Shown here piece by piece: positions 37,492 to 47,792 of a DNA stretch of 64,000 nt (positions are counted from its first letter, which is position 1; each line of letters starts with the position of its first letter). Source of the stretch: Bryobacterales bacterium (GTDB lineage Bacteria; Acidobacteriota; Terriglobia; Bryobacterales; Bryobacteraceae); contig CAWFUH010000002.1 of assembly GCA_963818855.1 (NCBI GenBank), forward strand, positions 298,471 through 362,470. Direction: 5' to 3'. Under the pieces are notes generated by a model. It did not search any database and was not told the origin of the DNA. It saw only the letters and a program-made list of their open reading frames with translations. A program made the translations under genes and the position numbers.

Positions 37492-40400
37492 TGACCAGCG
37501 GCGGCGGCGAGCATTGGACGGCGCGGCACGCCAAGCCGGTGATCTTCGTCATCGTGACCCTGGTGGGTGTGGGGATCTACATGGCGAACGCGATACCGGT
37601 GTCGGTGTTTCCATCGACGGATTTTCCGCGCGTGGTTATCGGCGTGGATAACGGTGTGGCGCCCATCGACCAGATGCTGGTAACGGTAACGCGGCCGATT
37701 GAAGAAGCCGTGAACGCCGTGCAGGGCGTGGAGAAGGTGCAATCCATCACCAGCCGCGGGCAGGTGGAAGTAGACTTGTTCTTTTCGTGGAAGGTGGAGA
37801 TGTACCGCACGCTGGAACTGGTTAACGCGGCGCTGGCGCGGGTGCAGCCCACCCTGCCGCCCACGGCGAAAATCTCTGCGAACCGGCTCACTTTCGCGGC
37901 ATTCCCGATCATGGGCTACAGCCTGACGTCGGACACCATTCCGCAAACGCAGCTCTGGGAGATGGCCACGTACGAATTGAAGCCGCGGCTGAACCGGCTG
38001 GCGGGCGTCTCCACAGTGGTGATCCAAGGGGGGCAGGAGCCGGAGTTTGAAGTGCGGCCGGACCCTGCCAAGCTGCTGGAAAGCGCGGTCAGCCCGCCGG
38101 GGCTGCTGGACGCTATTGGACGCAGCAACCTGATCGATTCGCCGGGGCTGATCGAAAACCGGCATGAGCTGGTGCTTAGCCTGGTAAGCGGCCAGGTGCG
38201 GACGCCCGAGGAGATCTCGAACATCGTGGTGCGGACCACGCCCGCCGGAGCGCCTATCCGCATAGGCGATCTGGGGCAGGTGCTGCCATCGGTGAAACCG
38301 GTGTACACGATTGTGACCGGCAACGATAAGCCGGCCGTGCTGCTGAATATCTACCGCCAGATGGACAGCAACACGGTGGCCGTGGCCGACGCGGTGCACG
38401 CCGAGTTGGAGAAACTCCGCCGGACCATGCCGCGCGGGGCGATATTGATGCCCTTCTACGATCAATCCGAGATCGTCACCGAGTCGATCCAGAGCGTGCG
38501 CGACGCCATCCTGGTCGGGCTGGTGCTGGCCTCTCTGATCCTGGTGCTGTTTCTGCGGGACTGGGGGACCTCGCTGGTGGCCGGCCTGGTCATCCCGGCG
38601 ACGGTGGCGATCACCTTCATCTTTCTGCGCGTGCTGGGCGAGAGCTTCAACCTGATGACGCTGGGCGGACTGGCCGCCGCCGTGGGGTTGGTGATCGACG
38701 ATGCCATTGTGGTGGTGGAGAACATCGTGGCGCATCGCGATGCGGGCGAAAACCGCGGCGATGCCATTCGAGCGGCGCTGCGAGAGATTCGCACGCCGCT
38801 GGTGGGTTCGACCATCACCCCCATCGTGGTCTTGCTGCCTTTGATCTCCATCACGGGCGTTACCGGCGTGTTCTTCCGGGCGCTGGCGCTGACCGTAGGG
38901 GTGGCGTTGCTGACCTCGCTGGCGCTGGCCCTGACCTGGACGCCGACGTTGAGCCACTACTTCATCCGTGCACAGAGTGCAAGCGGGGCCAAAAGGGAGG
39001 AAAGTGAGCGGGGACGGTCGCGGGCGATACGAATCTACGAACGCGTGCTGCGAAGCATGCTGGAGCATCCGCTGTTGTTCGTAATGTTCGGATTGGGTGT
39101 AATTGCCGGCTCTTACTTGTGCTATCAGGCGCTTGGTTCCGACCTGCTGCCCAACATGGATGAGGGTGGATTCATCGTCGATTACATCATGCCGGCGGGA
39201 TCGTCGCTTGAGGATACGAACCGGGTGGTGTCGACGGTGCTGAAGATCCTGCATCAGACGCCTGAGGTGGAGAGCACTTCGCGGCGTACAGGCCTGCAAC
39301 TGGGCCTGGCGGCGGTGACGGAGGCGAACAGGGGCGACATCTCGGTGAAGCTGAAGCGCAAGAGGACCCGCAGTGCGGAGGAAGTGGTCGCCGAAGTGCG
39401 CGCGAAGGTCACCGAGCGGGAGCCTATGCTGCAGGTGGAATTTCCGCAGTTGCTGCAGGACATGATCGGGGACCTGACCAGCGCGCCGGAGCCGGTTGTG
39501 ATCAAGCTGTTTGCCCAGGACCCGGCGGTGTTGCGGGCGTGGGCACCGAAGGTGGCGGATGCGATTAAGAAGATCCCCGGCGTGGTCGACATTCTGAACG
39601 GCATCGACGACACCATTAGCGGTCCGGCGTTGGTCTTTCAGGTGGACCCGGGGGTGGCGGCGCGCGCTGGATTCACGCCGCAGGAAGTCGAACTGGACAC
39701 CAGCGTGATTTTGCAGGGCGAGCCGGCGCCGACGCCCGTGGTGGTGAACGATCGGTCTTATACTATCCGTGTACGTTTTCCGGAGCAGGCCCGGGCATCC
39801 CTGGAAGCTATCCGGAATACGCTGCTGGTGAGTTCGACCGGGAAGACCGGAACGCTGGGAACATTGGCTACCGCGACGGAGGAGCCCGGGCAAACGGAGA
39901 TTCGCCGCGAGAACCTGCAGCGCGATGTGACCGTGACTGCGCGCCTGGAAGGGCTGAACCTGGGGGCCGGCATGGCGGCGGTGCAGAAGACGGTGAACGG
40001 ATTGGGACTCCCGGCGGACATTCGGGTAGCCTACGGCGGCGGCTACGAAGAGCAGCAGCGTTCGTTCCGGGACCTGATGTTCGTGCTGGTGCTGGCGGTG
40101 TTGCTGGTCTTCATCGTGCTGCTGTTCGAATTCGGCAGCTTCGCCGCGCCCGTGGCGATTCTGGCGTCGGCGCTGCTTTCGACATCCGGCGTTTTTCTGG
40201 CGCTACTGGTGACCGGGACCACGTTCAACATCTCTTCGTTCATGGGACTGATCATGGTGATCGGGATCGTGGCGAAGAATGGCATCCTGCTGTTGGATGC
40301 GGACCAGCGATTTCGCCGCGAGGGGATGGCGGCCGAAGAGAGCATGATTCAGGCGGGCGAGCGGCGGCTGCGGCCCATCATGATGACGGCGCTGGCCACC

Positions 40401-40571
40401 ATGGCCGGCATGATTCCGCTGGCGCTGGCGTGGGGCTCGGGATCGCAGATGCTGCAACCGCTGGCGATCGCGGTCATCGGAGGGATACTGGCGTCGATGG
40501 TGCTATCGCTGGTGGTGACGCCGGCCGTACATTTCTACCTGGCGGATCGATGGCGGGTGCGGCGGGCGTAG
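37491..40571 (+). CDS. Efflux RND transporter permease (AcrB/CzcA superfamily)
   Basis: 1026 aa, 12-TM architecture with two large periplasmic loops. GTG overlaps the MFP stop. Confidence 0.9.
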   Translation: MTSGGGEHWTARHAKPVIFVIVTLVGVGIYMANAIPVSVFPSTDFPRVVIGVDNGVAPIDQMLVTVTRPIEEAVNAVQGVEKVQSITSRGQVEVDLFFSWKVEMYRTLELVNAALARVQPTLPPTAKISANRLTFAAFPIMGYSLTSDTIPQTQLWEMATYELKPRLNRLAGVSTVVIQGGQEPEFEVRPDPAKLLESAVSPPGLLDAIGRSNLIDSPGLIENRHELVLSLVSGQVRTPEEISNIVVRTTPAGAPIRIGDLGQVLPSVKPVYTIVTGNDKPAVLLNIYRQMDSNTVAVADAVHAELEKLRRTMPRGAILMPFYDQSEIVTESIQSVRDAILVGLVLASLILVLFLRDWGTSLVAGLVIPATVAITFIFLRVLGESFNLMTLGGLAAAVGLVIDDAIVVVENIVAHRDAGENRGDAIRAALREIRTPLVGSTITPIVVLLPLISITGVTGVFFRALALTVGVALLTSLALALTWTPTLSHYFIRAQSASGAKREESERGRSRAIRIYERVLRSMLEHPLLFVMFGLGVIAGSYLCYQALGSDLLPNMDEGGFIVDYIMPAGSSLEDTNRVVSTVLKILHQTPEVESTSRRTGLQLGLAAVTEANRGDISVKLKRKRTRSAEEVVAEVRAKVTEREPMLQVEFPQLLQDMIGDLTSAPEPVVIKLFAQDPAVLRAWAPKVADAIKKIPGVVDILNGIDDTISGPALVFQVDPGVAARAGFTPQEVELDTSVILQGEPAPTPVVVNDRSYTIRVRFPEQARASLEAIRNTLLVSSTGKTGTLGTLATATEEPGQTEIRRENLQRDVTVTARLEGLNLGAGMAAVQKTVNGLGLPADIRVAYGGGYEEQQRSFRDLMFVLVLAVLLVFIVLLFEFGSFAAPVAILASALLSTSGVFLALLVTGTTFNISSFMGLIMVIGIVAKNGILLLDADQRFRREGMAAEESMIQAGERRLRPIMMTALATMAGMIPLALAWGSGSQMLQPLAIAVIGGILASMVLSLVVTPAVHFYLADRWRVRRA

Positions 40572-40755
40572 CCCCGCCCAGACACATCACGTTGACATCG
40601 TCGTTGGCGGCCAGGCGAGCACCCGCGCCACTGCCGCATAGCGGCCCTGTCGGCATGCCCGCCCGCCACTATCACCTTCATGGCCTCTTGTGATAGCGCT
40701 ATACTGCCATAGTGGCGCCGTGAGAATTTGTGCAGGGGGCGGCGTCTATTAGCAT

Positions 40756-41754
40756 ATGCAAACTGGCAGACTGATTATCGTGCTGGGCGCGCTGGCCCTA
40801 CGGGGCTGGGCGCAACCATCCGCCGCAGTGGCCGGACCGATCACCGGCTTTGTTTTCGATACGCAACTGGGTGCGGTGCGGCCGATGTTGGGCATTCCTG
40901 GTGCCGCGTATCTGGGCAAGGTAGTTGCCACCGGAATGGACGCAGCATCCATCGCTCCGGATGGCTCCGCAGCTTTGGCCGTCGAACGAACCGGCAAACT
41001 GGTCCTTTACGGCGCACTACGCAGCGGAACACCTGCAGCTTTGCCCATTACCGGCGCGATCGCGGGGGCCGACCATTTTGCATGGGCCGCCAACAGCGCA
41101 ACTGCGGCCGTTTACTCTTCGGGCGCGGGCCAAGTGCAAATCCTCACCAGCCTGGCGGCATCGCCGACAGCCGGCGCGCCGATCGACTTGGCGGGTCTGC
41201 CTGGACCGGTAACGGCGCTGGCTTTCGACGGACAGCACCTGCTGCTAGGCGTGGCCGCCGCCACTTCTGGCGGTATTTACGTGGCTAGCGCTGCGTCGGG
41301 ACCGCAACTGATTGCGGCCGCCGCCAGCCCCTCCGCCATCGTGCTGGCGAGCAGCAGCCTGTACTTCGCCGACAGCCAATCGCAGCAGATCTTCCACGTA
41401 CAGAACTACGCCGGCACGCCCGCCGCTACCGTCTTTGCCAACGACAGCAGCATTAACTCACCTGCCGGCCTGCAGGTATCCGCTGACGGGCAGCGGCTTT
41501 ACGCGGCCAATGCGGGCAACCAGAAGCTGGGGGTCTACGATATCGTGTCGCGCTCGCCGGTCCAGACTCTCGATCTCAGCTTCACACCCACGCGGCTGGA
41601 CATCTTCGGCGACTCCTCCGTGTTTCTGATGAATGGCAACGGATCGGGACCGCTTTACGTAGTGCGCGACGGCGGGGCGGGAAAAGCCGCTGTCTATTTC
41701 GTCCCGGTGCCGCGCAAGGCGCGTCCGGTCAGGCCGCCGGTCCGTCCGGCCTAG
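40756..41754 (+). CDS. Secreted beta-propeller repeat protein (YVTN/YncE-like)
   Basis: Signal peptide. Repeats such as SADGQRLYAANAGNQKLGVYDI. Confidence 0.55.
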   Translation: MQTGRLIIVLGALALRGWAQPSAAVAGPITGFVFDTQLGAVRPMLGIPGAAYLGKVVATGMDAASIAPDGSAALAVERTGKLVLYGALRSGTPAALPITGAIAGADHFAWAANSATAAVYSSGAGQVQILTSLAASPTAGAPIDLAGLPGPVTALAFDGQHLLLGVAAATSGGIYVASAASGPQLIAAAASPSAIVLASSSLYFADSQSQQIFHVQNYAGTPAATVFANDSSINSPAGLQVSADGQRLYAANAGNQKLGVYDIVSRSPVQTLDLSFTPTRLDIFGDSSVFLMNGNGSGPLYVVRDGGAGKAAVYFVPVPRKARPVRPPVRPA

Positions 41755-41806
41755 AGCGTACCAGGGGCGCGAGCGATTTCCGCCATTTCAGTCACTGCCT
41801 GCCTCC

Positions 41807-43012
41807 TCAGAGTGCGGCCACTCGCCGCTGCACCAGCAGGAAGTAACATCCGACCGCCACTAAAAGTAACCCATTCACCGCGAGCACGTGCGGCGCCGAA
41901 TAGATTGGCACCAGGTATCCGGTGATGATACTGCCTAAGGGCATGCCGCCCCGGAAAGCCACGTTGTACACGCTCATCACCCGCCCGCGCATTTCATTGG
42001 CGGTGATGAGCTGCACTAGCGAGCTGATCATCGAAAAGACTCCCATCATAGCCGCGCCCGAGACGAACAGGATGGCGCAGCTGAGCACCAGGGATTTGGA
42101 TAGTGCGAAGCCCGTCATGCCGCAGCCCAATAGAAGCAGCGTCACCAGTGCGAACAGTCCTTTCTTTCGGACGTTGCCAAAGGCGGCCACGATCAATGCG
42201 CCCGCCACCGAACCCGCGCCCGAGCTTGAAAGCAAAACCGTAAAGGCCGTCGGACCGCGGTGGAATACGTCTTTGGCAAAGACCGGCAGGAAGGTGAGCA
42301 TCGGGATGGCCAGCCCTGTCATCAGAAACGCCAGCACGATCAGTCCCACCATGGCGCCCTGCGTCCGAATAAAGCCAATGCCTTGCTGGATACCGGTAAG
42401 AATGGATTCGCCCGTCTTGCGCGGGATGAACTTGACATTCAGCAGAAGCAGCGAAATAATGACCGCCACGAATGAGAGCCCGTTAAGACCAAAACACCAG
42501 GCGGCGCCCAAACCGGTGAGCGCCAGTCCGCCCAGCATGGGTCCGATCACACGCGCCAGGTTGAACTGAATGGAATTCAGTGCGATGGCGTTGGGCAAAT
42601 CCTCCTTTTCGACTAGCGTAGGGACCAGCGCCGAATACGCGGGACCTCCAAAAGATTGCGCGCAGCCCACTACAAATGACAGCGTGAGGATGTGCCAGAC
42701 TTTCACCACCTTCAGTGCAAAGAGCAGCGTGAGCAGGAAGGCGCAGCTCATCTGCACGTATTGCGACCCGAGCAGCACGCGGCGGCGGTCGATGCGGTCG
42801 GCGATCACGCCGCCAATCAGCGAAAACATTACGATGGGAATCTGGCCGAGGAAACCGTCGAGGCCCAGCAGAAATGCCGAGCCGGAGATGGAGAGCACCA
42901 GCCAGCTCTGCGCCACGCTCTGCATCCAGGTGCCGATCGAAGACGTGCAGGCGCCGAACCAAAGCAGACGGAACTCGCGGTAATGGAAAGCCTTGAAGAC
43001 CCGGCGCAGCAC
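41807..43012 (-). CDS. MFS transporter (EntS/MFS_3-like)
   Basis: FHYREFRLLWFGACTSSIGTWMQSVAQSWLV and GGVIADRIDRRRVLL. 12 TM helices. Confidence 0.85.
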   Translation of the reverse strand: MLRRVFKAFHYREFRLLWFGACTSSIGTWMQSVAQSWLVLSISGSAFLLGLDGFLGQIPIVMFSLIGGVIADRIDRRRVLLGSQYVQMSCAFLLTLLFALKVVKVWHILTLSFVVGCAQSFGGPAYSALVPTLVEKEDLPNAIALNSIQFNLARVIGPMLGGLALTGLGAAWCFGLNGLSFVAVIISLLLLNVKFIPRKTGESILTGIQQGIGFIRTQGAMVGLIVLAFLMTGLAIPMLTFLPVFAKDVFHRGPTAFTVLLSSSGAGSVAGALIVAAFGNVRKKGLFALVTLLLLGCGMTGFALSKSLVLSCAILFVSGAAMMGVFSMISSLVQLITANEMRGRVMSVYNVAFRGGMPLGSIITGYLVPIYSAPHVLAVNGLLLVAVGCYFLLVQRRVAAL

Positions 43013-43016
43013 AAAT

Positions 43017-43391
43017 TTACGGCAACGGCCTTTCCCTCTGGATCAGATGCAGGATGTTGCCGTCGTGGTCCGCAAAAAACAAAAGCCGGTTTCCTTGTTT
43101 GTTCATCGGCTCGCTCAGGAAGCGCACGCCAGCGGCCTGCAGGCGCTGGTGCGCGGCGTCGAAATCGTCAACGTCAATGGCCAGGTGGCGGATACCGGGA
43201 TCATCGAGCTGCGGAGGCGGAAGCGGGCCTTTACCGGGAATGATCTCCAACATGCTGCCATTGGCAGCGCGCACAAAGTAGTTGCCGGCGTACTCGTAAT
43301 TGATGACGAATTCCAGATGCGCGGCGTACCACTCGGCCAGCGCGCGCGGGTTGGGTGAGGCAATAGCCGTATGCTCCAATCCTCTAAACAT
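43017..43391 (-). CDS. VOC family (glyoxalase/bleomycin-resistance fold) protein
   Basis: LEHTAIASPNP...IRHLAIDVDDFDAAHQRLQAAGVRF...FFADHDGNILHL. Confidence 0.8.
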   Translation of the reverse strand: MFRGLEHTAIASPNPRALAEWYAAHLEFVINYEYAGNYFVRAANGSMLEIIPGKGPLPPPQLDDPGIRHLAIDVDDFDAAHQRLQAAGVRFLSEPMNKQGNRLLFFADHDGNILHLIQRERPLP

Positions 43392-43415
43392 AGGGCGATT
43401 GTAGCAGGATTGAAC

Positions 43416-43910
43416 TTAAGTCTTGCTTTTGGACTTCTTCAGATCATTCTGCAGCGCCCGGACCTCGTCCGGCATATCGCCGGCATTCTTGGCGTGGTTT
43501 AGTTCCCGCCGGCAAGTGGCGGTATCGCCGGTCAGGAACGCGATCTTGGCCAGGAAGTAACACCGGTAACTATTTCCGTTCGGCGCATCGTGTGCCTTCT
43601 TTGCCTCATCCAGCGCACCGGTGAGGTTGCCGAGTTGAAGCTGCGCATAAGCCATCAGGATGCGCAGGGAGGAATTGTTCGGGTTCGAATTCGTGAGGGT
43701 GGAAAGCCTGGCCAACGCAGCCGCATTTTCGCCGGCACGTATCAGTTGGGCCGCCTGATCCACAATCATGCGGTCGGCGTCACTTAACAAGGTCAAAGCA
43801 CTCGCCAGCCGGTCGTAGCGCAGTTCCATGGTGGGCGCGGAGACCGGGGCAGCCGGGGTCGATGCCGCCGTGAAGGTAAAGATCAGGAAAAGATTTCGGA
43901 TCGCACGCAT
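43416..43910 (-). CDS. Secreted TPR-like protein
   Basis: Signal peptide plus TPR-like helices (ILMAYAQLQLGNLTGALDEAKKA). Confidence 0.6.
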   Translation of the reverse strand: MRAIRNLFLIFTFTAASTPAAPVSAPTMELRYDRLASALTLLSDADRMIVDQAAQLIRAGENAAALARLSTLTNSNPNNSSLRILMAYAQLQLGNLTGALDEAKKAHDAPNGNSYRCYFLAKIAFLTGDTATCRRELNHAKNAGDMPDEVRALQNDLKKSKSKT

Positions 43911-43953
43911 ATACTGTTGATGTTCAGTATACGCCCGCGGGTTCCGGTTGGAT

Positions 43954-44475
43954 TCACCGCACCAGCCAGGTCACCCCACACGCTAAGCTGGAGCCGATCA
44001 AGGCGCCGGCTACCACGTCACTCAAAAAATGCAGGCCGAGCAGGATGCGAGACAGCGCGATACTGGCGGCGCAGAAGAGCAACCCGGGCAGCAAGTTGGG
44101 ATAGAATGCCGCCAACGAGAGTGCTACCGCAAACGCCGTGATGGTATGGCCGGACGGGAAGGAGAAACGATCGGGCGGTAATAGTTTGGCCCAACAGTGC
44201 GGCTCGATGGCACAAGGGCGTTTGCGGTTAGTGCGCTTCTTCAGGAAAAGGAATGCTGCGATTCCCAAACCCGCGGCCACAGCCGACGTGGACACGGCCG
44301 CGAATCGCTCGGGACCGCCGAACAACAGGATGATGATACCCATGGCATACCACAGCCAGCCGTCACCGCCGCGCGTAGCACAGATCATCCACACGCGTAC
44401 CCAGCGCGGCGCGGGCCAACGATGGACGCGGCGCATCAGCTTATAGTCGCGAGCTGTGATGAACTCTAACACCAT
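43954..44475 (-). CDS. PAP2 family phosphatase
   Basis: KRTNRKRP, PSGH and SRILLGLHFLSD signature motifs. Confidence 0.85.
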   Translation of the reverse strand: MVLEFITARDYKLMRRVHRWPAPRWVRVWMICATRGGDGWLWYAMGIIILLFGGPERFAAVSTSAVAAGLGIAAFLFLKKRTNRKRPCAIEPHCWAKLLPPDRFSFPSGHTITAFAVALSLAAFYPNLLPGLLFCAASIALSRILLGLHFLSDVVAGALIGSSLACGVTWLVR

Positions 44476-44547
44476 CCCAATCTAAGTTATAGTTCCTAAA
44501 TCCTACAAGAGCATGACATTTGCTTAAAAGCTTGATGAAATCATAGT

Positions 44548-45699
44548 GTGAAAAAGTTCGATTTTATCTATTTCGATGCGGGAGGCGGGCATCGCAGCGC
44601 AGCCATGGCCCTCCAGCAAGTGATTGCGCAACAAGGCCGGCCATGGGAAATTCGCATGGTGAACCTGCAGGAACAGCTCGATAACCTGGATGTTTTTCGC
44701 CGCATCACTGGAATCCGCTTGCAAGACTATTATAATCTGCTGCTGAAAAAGGGCTGGACACTGGGCTCGGGCGAGCTGTTGAAGGGACTACATATTATCA
44801 TCCGTTTGTTTCAGCCCGCGCTGGTGCGCATGTTAAGCGATTTCTGGCGGGCGGGCCGTCCGGATATGGTCGTGTCGTTGATCCCGAATTTCAATCGCGC
44901 CCTGAAGCTCAGCCTGGAGGCCGCGTTGCCGGGCACACCATTGGTGACCATTCTTACCGACATCGCCGATTACCCGCCGCACTTTTGGATCGAACGGCAA
45001 CAGCAGCACCTGATTTGCGGGTCGGATCGAGCGGTCGCCCAGGCCCGCGAATTGGGGTACGAGACGAGTCGCATCTGGCGCGCTTCGGGCATGATCCTGA
45101 ACCCGAGCTTTTATAATCCGATTAGAGCCGATCGCGGCGCGGAGAGGCAGCGTATCGGACTGGACCCGCAACTGCCGGTTGGACTCGTGCTCTTCGGCGG
45201 CGAGGGTTCGGCGGTGATGGTCGAAATCGTGCGCCGCCTCGCTGCCGCGGCACGGCCAATGCAATTGATCCTGATCTGCGGCCGGAACGAGAAATTGGCG
45301 GGCCAACTGCGCGCGATGCCCGCTCGCATCCCGATCTTCGTGGAAGGCTTCACCCGTGAAGTACCCTATTACATGCATCTCTCGGACTTCTTTATTGGCA
45401 AGCCGGGGCCGGGCAGCCTCAGCGAGGCCGTGGCCATGAACCTGCCCGTGATTGTGGAGCGAAACGCCTGGAACCTGCCGCAGGAGCGGTATAACTGCGA
45501 TTGGGTACGGGAGCAGGACATCGGCTTGGTGTTGCGCAACTTCCGCGGCATCGCCGGTGCGGTCGATAAGTTGCTGGAGCCGGCCAACTACGCCCGCATG
45601 CGCGCGAATGCCGCTACGCTGACGAATCGCGCGGTATTCGAGATCCCGAATATGTTGGAGGCGATCCTGGCGCAAGACTGCGCAATTTCAAAAGTCTGA
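44548..45699 (+). CDS. GT-B glycosyltransferase, MGDG-synthase/UgtP-like (GT28)
   Basis: N-terminal DAGGGHRSAAMAL. C-terminal GKPGPGSLSEAVAMNLPVIV. GTG start, divergent from the PAP2 gene. Confidence 0.75.
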   Translation: MKKFDFIYFDAGGGHRSAAMALQQVIAQQGRPWEIRMVNLQEQLDNLDVFRRITGIRLQDYYNLLLKKGWTLGSGELLKGLHIIIRLFQPALVRMLSDFWRAGRPDMVVSLIPNFNRALKLSLEAALPGTPLVTILTDIADYPPHFWIERQQQHLICGSDRAVAQARELGYETSRIWRASGMILNPSFYNPIRADRGAERQRIGLDPQLPVGLVLFGGEGSAVMVEIVRRLAAAARPMQLILICGRNEKLAGQLRAMPARIPIFVEGFTREVPYYMHLSDFFIGKPGPGSLSEAVAMNLPVIVERNAWNLPQERYNCDWVREQDIGLVLRNFRGIAGAVDKLLEPANYARMRANAATLTNRAVFEIPNMLEAILAQDCAISKV

Positions 45700-45801
45700 G
45701 AGAAGCTGATTTTTCGCTGGGTCCATTGAACGGAATGGTCGGAACATTGCTCTTGCGCCCATGTTGGGTCTCGTTCCCGTAGTGATGAAGCAGCAAATCT
45801 G

Positions 45802-47038
45802 ATGACGGCTGGCAACGTCCTCGACTTACACGGCTCGAACCTCTCCGCCTGGCTTTCGCCCGTAATCGCAGTGGTTGCGCGAGATGTCTTTCCGGAAATC
45901 CGAGACCGTTCGACCGAACAATCGATTGTTCTATTGAAGAATACGGACGGACAGTTGCCGCTGTCCCCGCGCGTGAAGACTATCGCCGTAATCGGATCGC
46001 ACGGCGATGTATGGTGTTCTCTCGGGCGGTGGCTCGGCGCAGGTCCATCGAATGGGCGGCAACGCGGTGCTCCGGCCCGCCGGTACGCCGTTCTTCGAAA
46101 GGGTGGTTTGGCATCGCTCCGCGCCGCTGACCGCGATTCGCGCCAAAGCGCCACATGCCGATGTCGGTGCGCAGTACGACGCCGGAACGGATCCGGCCGC
46201 CGCGACGTCTGGCGAAAGCGTCCGACGTGGCCATCGTGTTCCTCAACAGCCTCCGAGTTAAGGCAGCGACCACCCGAGCCTATCGCTGCCGGACAACCAA
46301 GACGGGTTAGTGAATGCAGTGGCCGCTGCTAATCCGGATAGAGTCAGGTGCGCGAAACCGGCGGCGCGGTGACCATGCCATGGATCGGCCAGGTAAGCGC
46401 GGCTTGGAGATGCAGTATCCAGGCATTCGCGGGGCCGAAGCCTCGCTAACATCATCTTCGTAGACATGAATCCATCCGCCAAGCTGCCGTTGACCTTCGC
46501 CAGATCGGAAGCCGATCTTCCGCAGCCGCAGCTTACGAAACAGCCGCCTCGGGCGAGTGCCGCCGATCTGGTAGGGATTTTTCCCGATTTCAAGGACAGT
46601 ACCAGAAAGTTCGATGTCACGTACGATGAGGGACTGAAGGTCGGCTACAAGTGGTATGACGCAGAGAAGAAGGAAATCCTTTATCCATTAGGTTTCGGAC
46701 CGTCTTATACGACTTACAAACATTCGGGGCTGAAGGCCTTTAGTGGCAGTGTCGGCTTTCGTGTGGCGAACACCGGCGAGCGCGCCTGCGTGGAAATTGC
46801 CGAGGATGCCGCGCTGCCTCGCGGGGCAGGCGAGCCGATCAAGCGCTTGGTGGCATGGCAAAACGTGAAGCTGGCGCCGGGTGAAGTCGGCACAGGTGAC
46901 ATTACATCTCGATGCGCAGTATCTTTCGGTTTTCCATGCCGAGAAAAATGCGTGGGAAAGGGTTCCCGGCGAGTATGTGATTCAAGCCGGCGCTTCATTG
47001 CGCGACTTGCCCCTGCGGGCCTCATGCATCTCGACTGA
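45802..47038 (+). pseudogene. Decayed, 5'-truncated GH3 beta-glucosidase remnant
   Basis: GH3 motifs are scattered over all three plus frames: SIVLLKNTDGQLPL..KTIAVIGSHGD, VLSGGGSAQV, AKASDVAIVFLNS, SLSLPDNQDGLVNAVAAANPDRV, ETGGAVTMPWIGQVSAA, MNPSAKLPLTF, GYKWYD..LGFGPSYTTY, VANTGERA, WERVPGEYVIQAGAS. The N-terminal catalytic domain is absent. Confidence 0.8.
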
Positions 47039-47167
47039 ACTCACGAATCGGATTCGTCGCGCTCGGGCGCCTCCATCACCCGGTTGACGAACTGCACCCT
47101 CACGGAACAATTCCCCTAACAGACGCGGAGAGATTTTCGCCGGCCTGGCCACTAATCTTGCTGTTCT

Positions 47168-47788
47168 ATGCGTAAATCTCTGCCATCCACGGTGGCTGTT
47201 ACTGCCCCAAGAAGGCGCTTAGCGGCGCCAGCCCAATCTCGACCGGTCCCGGCCGAATCGATTGAACAAAGAATCTACGTAATCCGCGGCCAGAAGGTCA
47301 TGCTCGATTCCGACCTGGCCGCTTTGTATCGTGTGCCCACCTTCCGCCTGAACGAAGCGGTCAAGCGCAATCTCGACCGCTTCCCCAAAGACTTCATGTT
47401 TCAACTCGCCAAGAAAGAAACCGCATCTTTGACATCGCAAATTGCGATGTCAAACAGAGGCCGCGGCGGACGGCGCACTTTTCCCTATGCCTTCACCGAA
47501 CACGGTATCGCGATGCTCTCGTCTGTTTTGAACAGTGAGCGCGCCGTGCAGATGAACATCTTGATCATCCGGGCATTCGTTAAACTGCGGGAAGCGCTGG
47601 CCGCGCATCGTGATCTGGCGCGGAAAATCGAACGCCTGGAACTCACCCAGAAGGACCAGGCGCACGCCCTCACATTTGTGATCGAAGAGATTCAGAATCT
47701 CGACAAGAAGGTGAGCCAGGAATTCAGGAGTCTGACCGCCCCGCCCCGCCGCAAGCGGCGCATCGGCTTCATCACCGGACCGCGATAG
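47168..47788 (+). CDS. ORF6N (KilA-N related) DNA-binding domain protein
   Basis: IYVIRGQKVMLDSDLAALYRVPTFRLNEAVKRNLDRFPKDFMFQL...PYAFTEHGIAMLSSVLNSERAVQMNI. Confidence 0.85.
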   Translation: MRKSLPSTVAVTAPRRRLAAPAQSRPVPAESIEQRIYVIRGQKVMLDSDLAALYRVPTFRLNEAVKRNLDRFPKDFMFQLAKKETASLTSQIAMSNRGRGGRRTFPYAFTEHGIAMLSSVLNSERAVQMNILIIRAFVKLREALAAHRDLARKIERLELTQKDQAHALTFVIEEIQNLDKKVSQEFRSLTAPPRRKRRIGFITGPR

Positions 47789-47792
47789 CGCC

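Noticed and set aside
37488-39893. 801-aa minus-strand ORF antisense to the RND pump gene. Similar long antisense ORFs occur at 32328..33269, 33602..34555, 34905..35933, 59942..60955 and others.
   Set aside because: The sequences are Arg/Gly/Pro/His-rich and low-complexity with no recognisable motifs. Each is exactly antisense to, or out of frame with, a well-supported gene. This is the typical stop-codon-poor shadow ORF of high-GC DNA.
43681-43693. GGGTTCGAATTCG resembling a tRNA T-arm
   Set aside because: It lies inside a well-supported CDS (43416..43910), and no acceptor or anticodon stems can be drawn around it.
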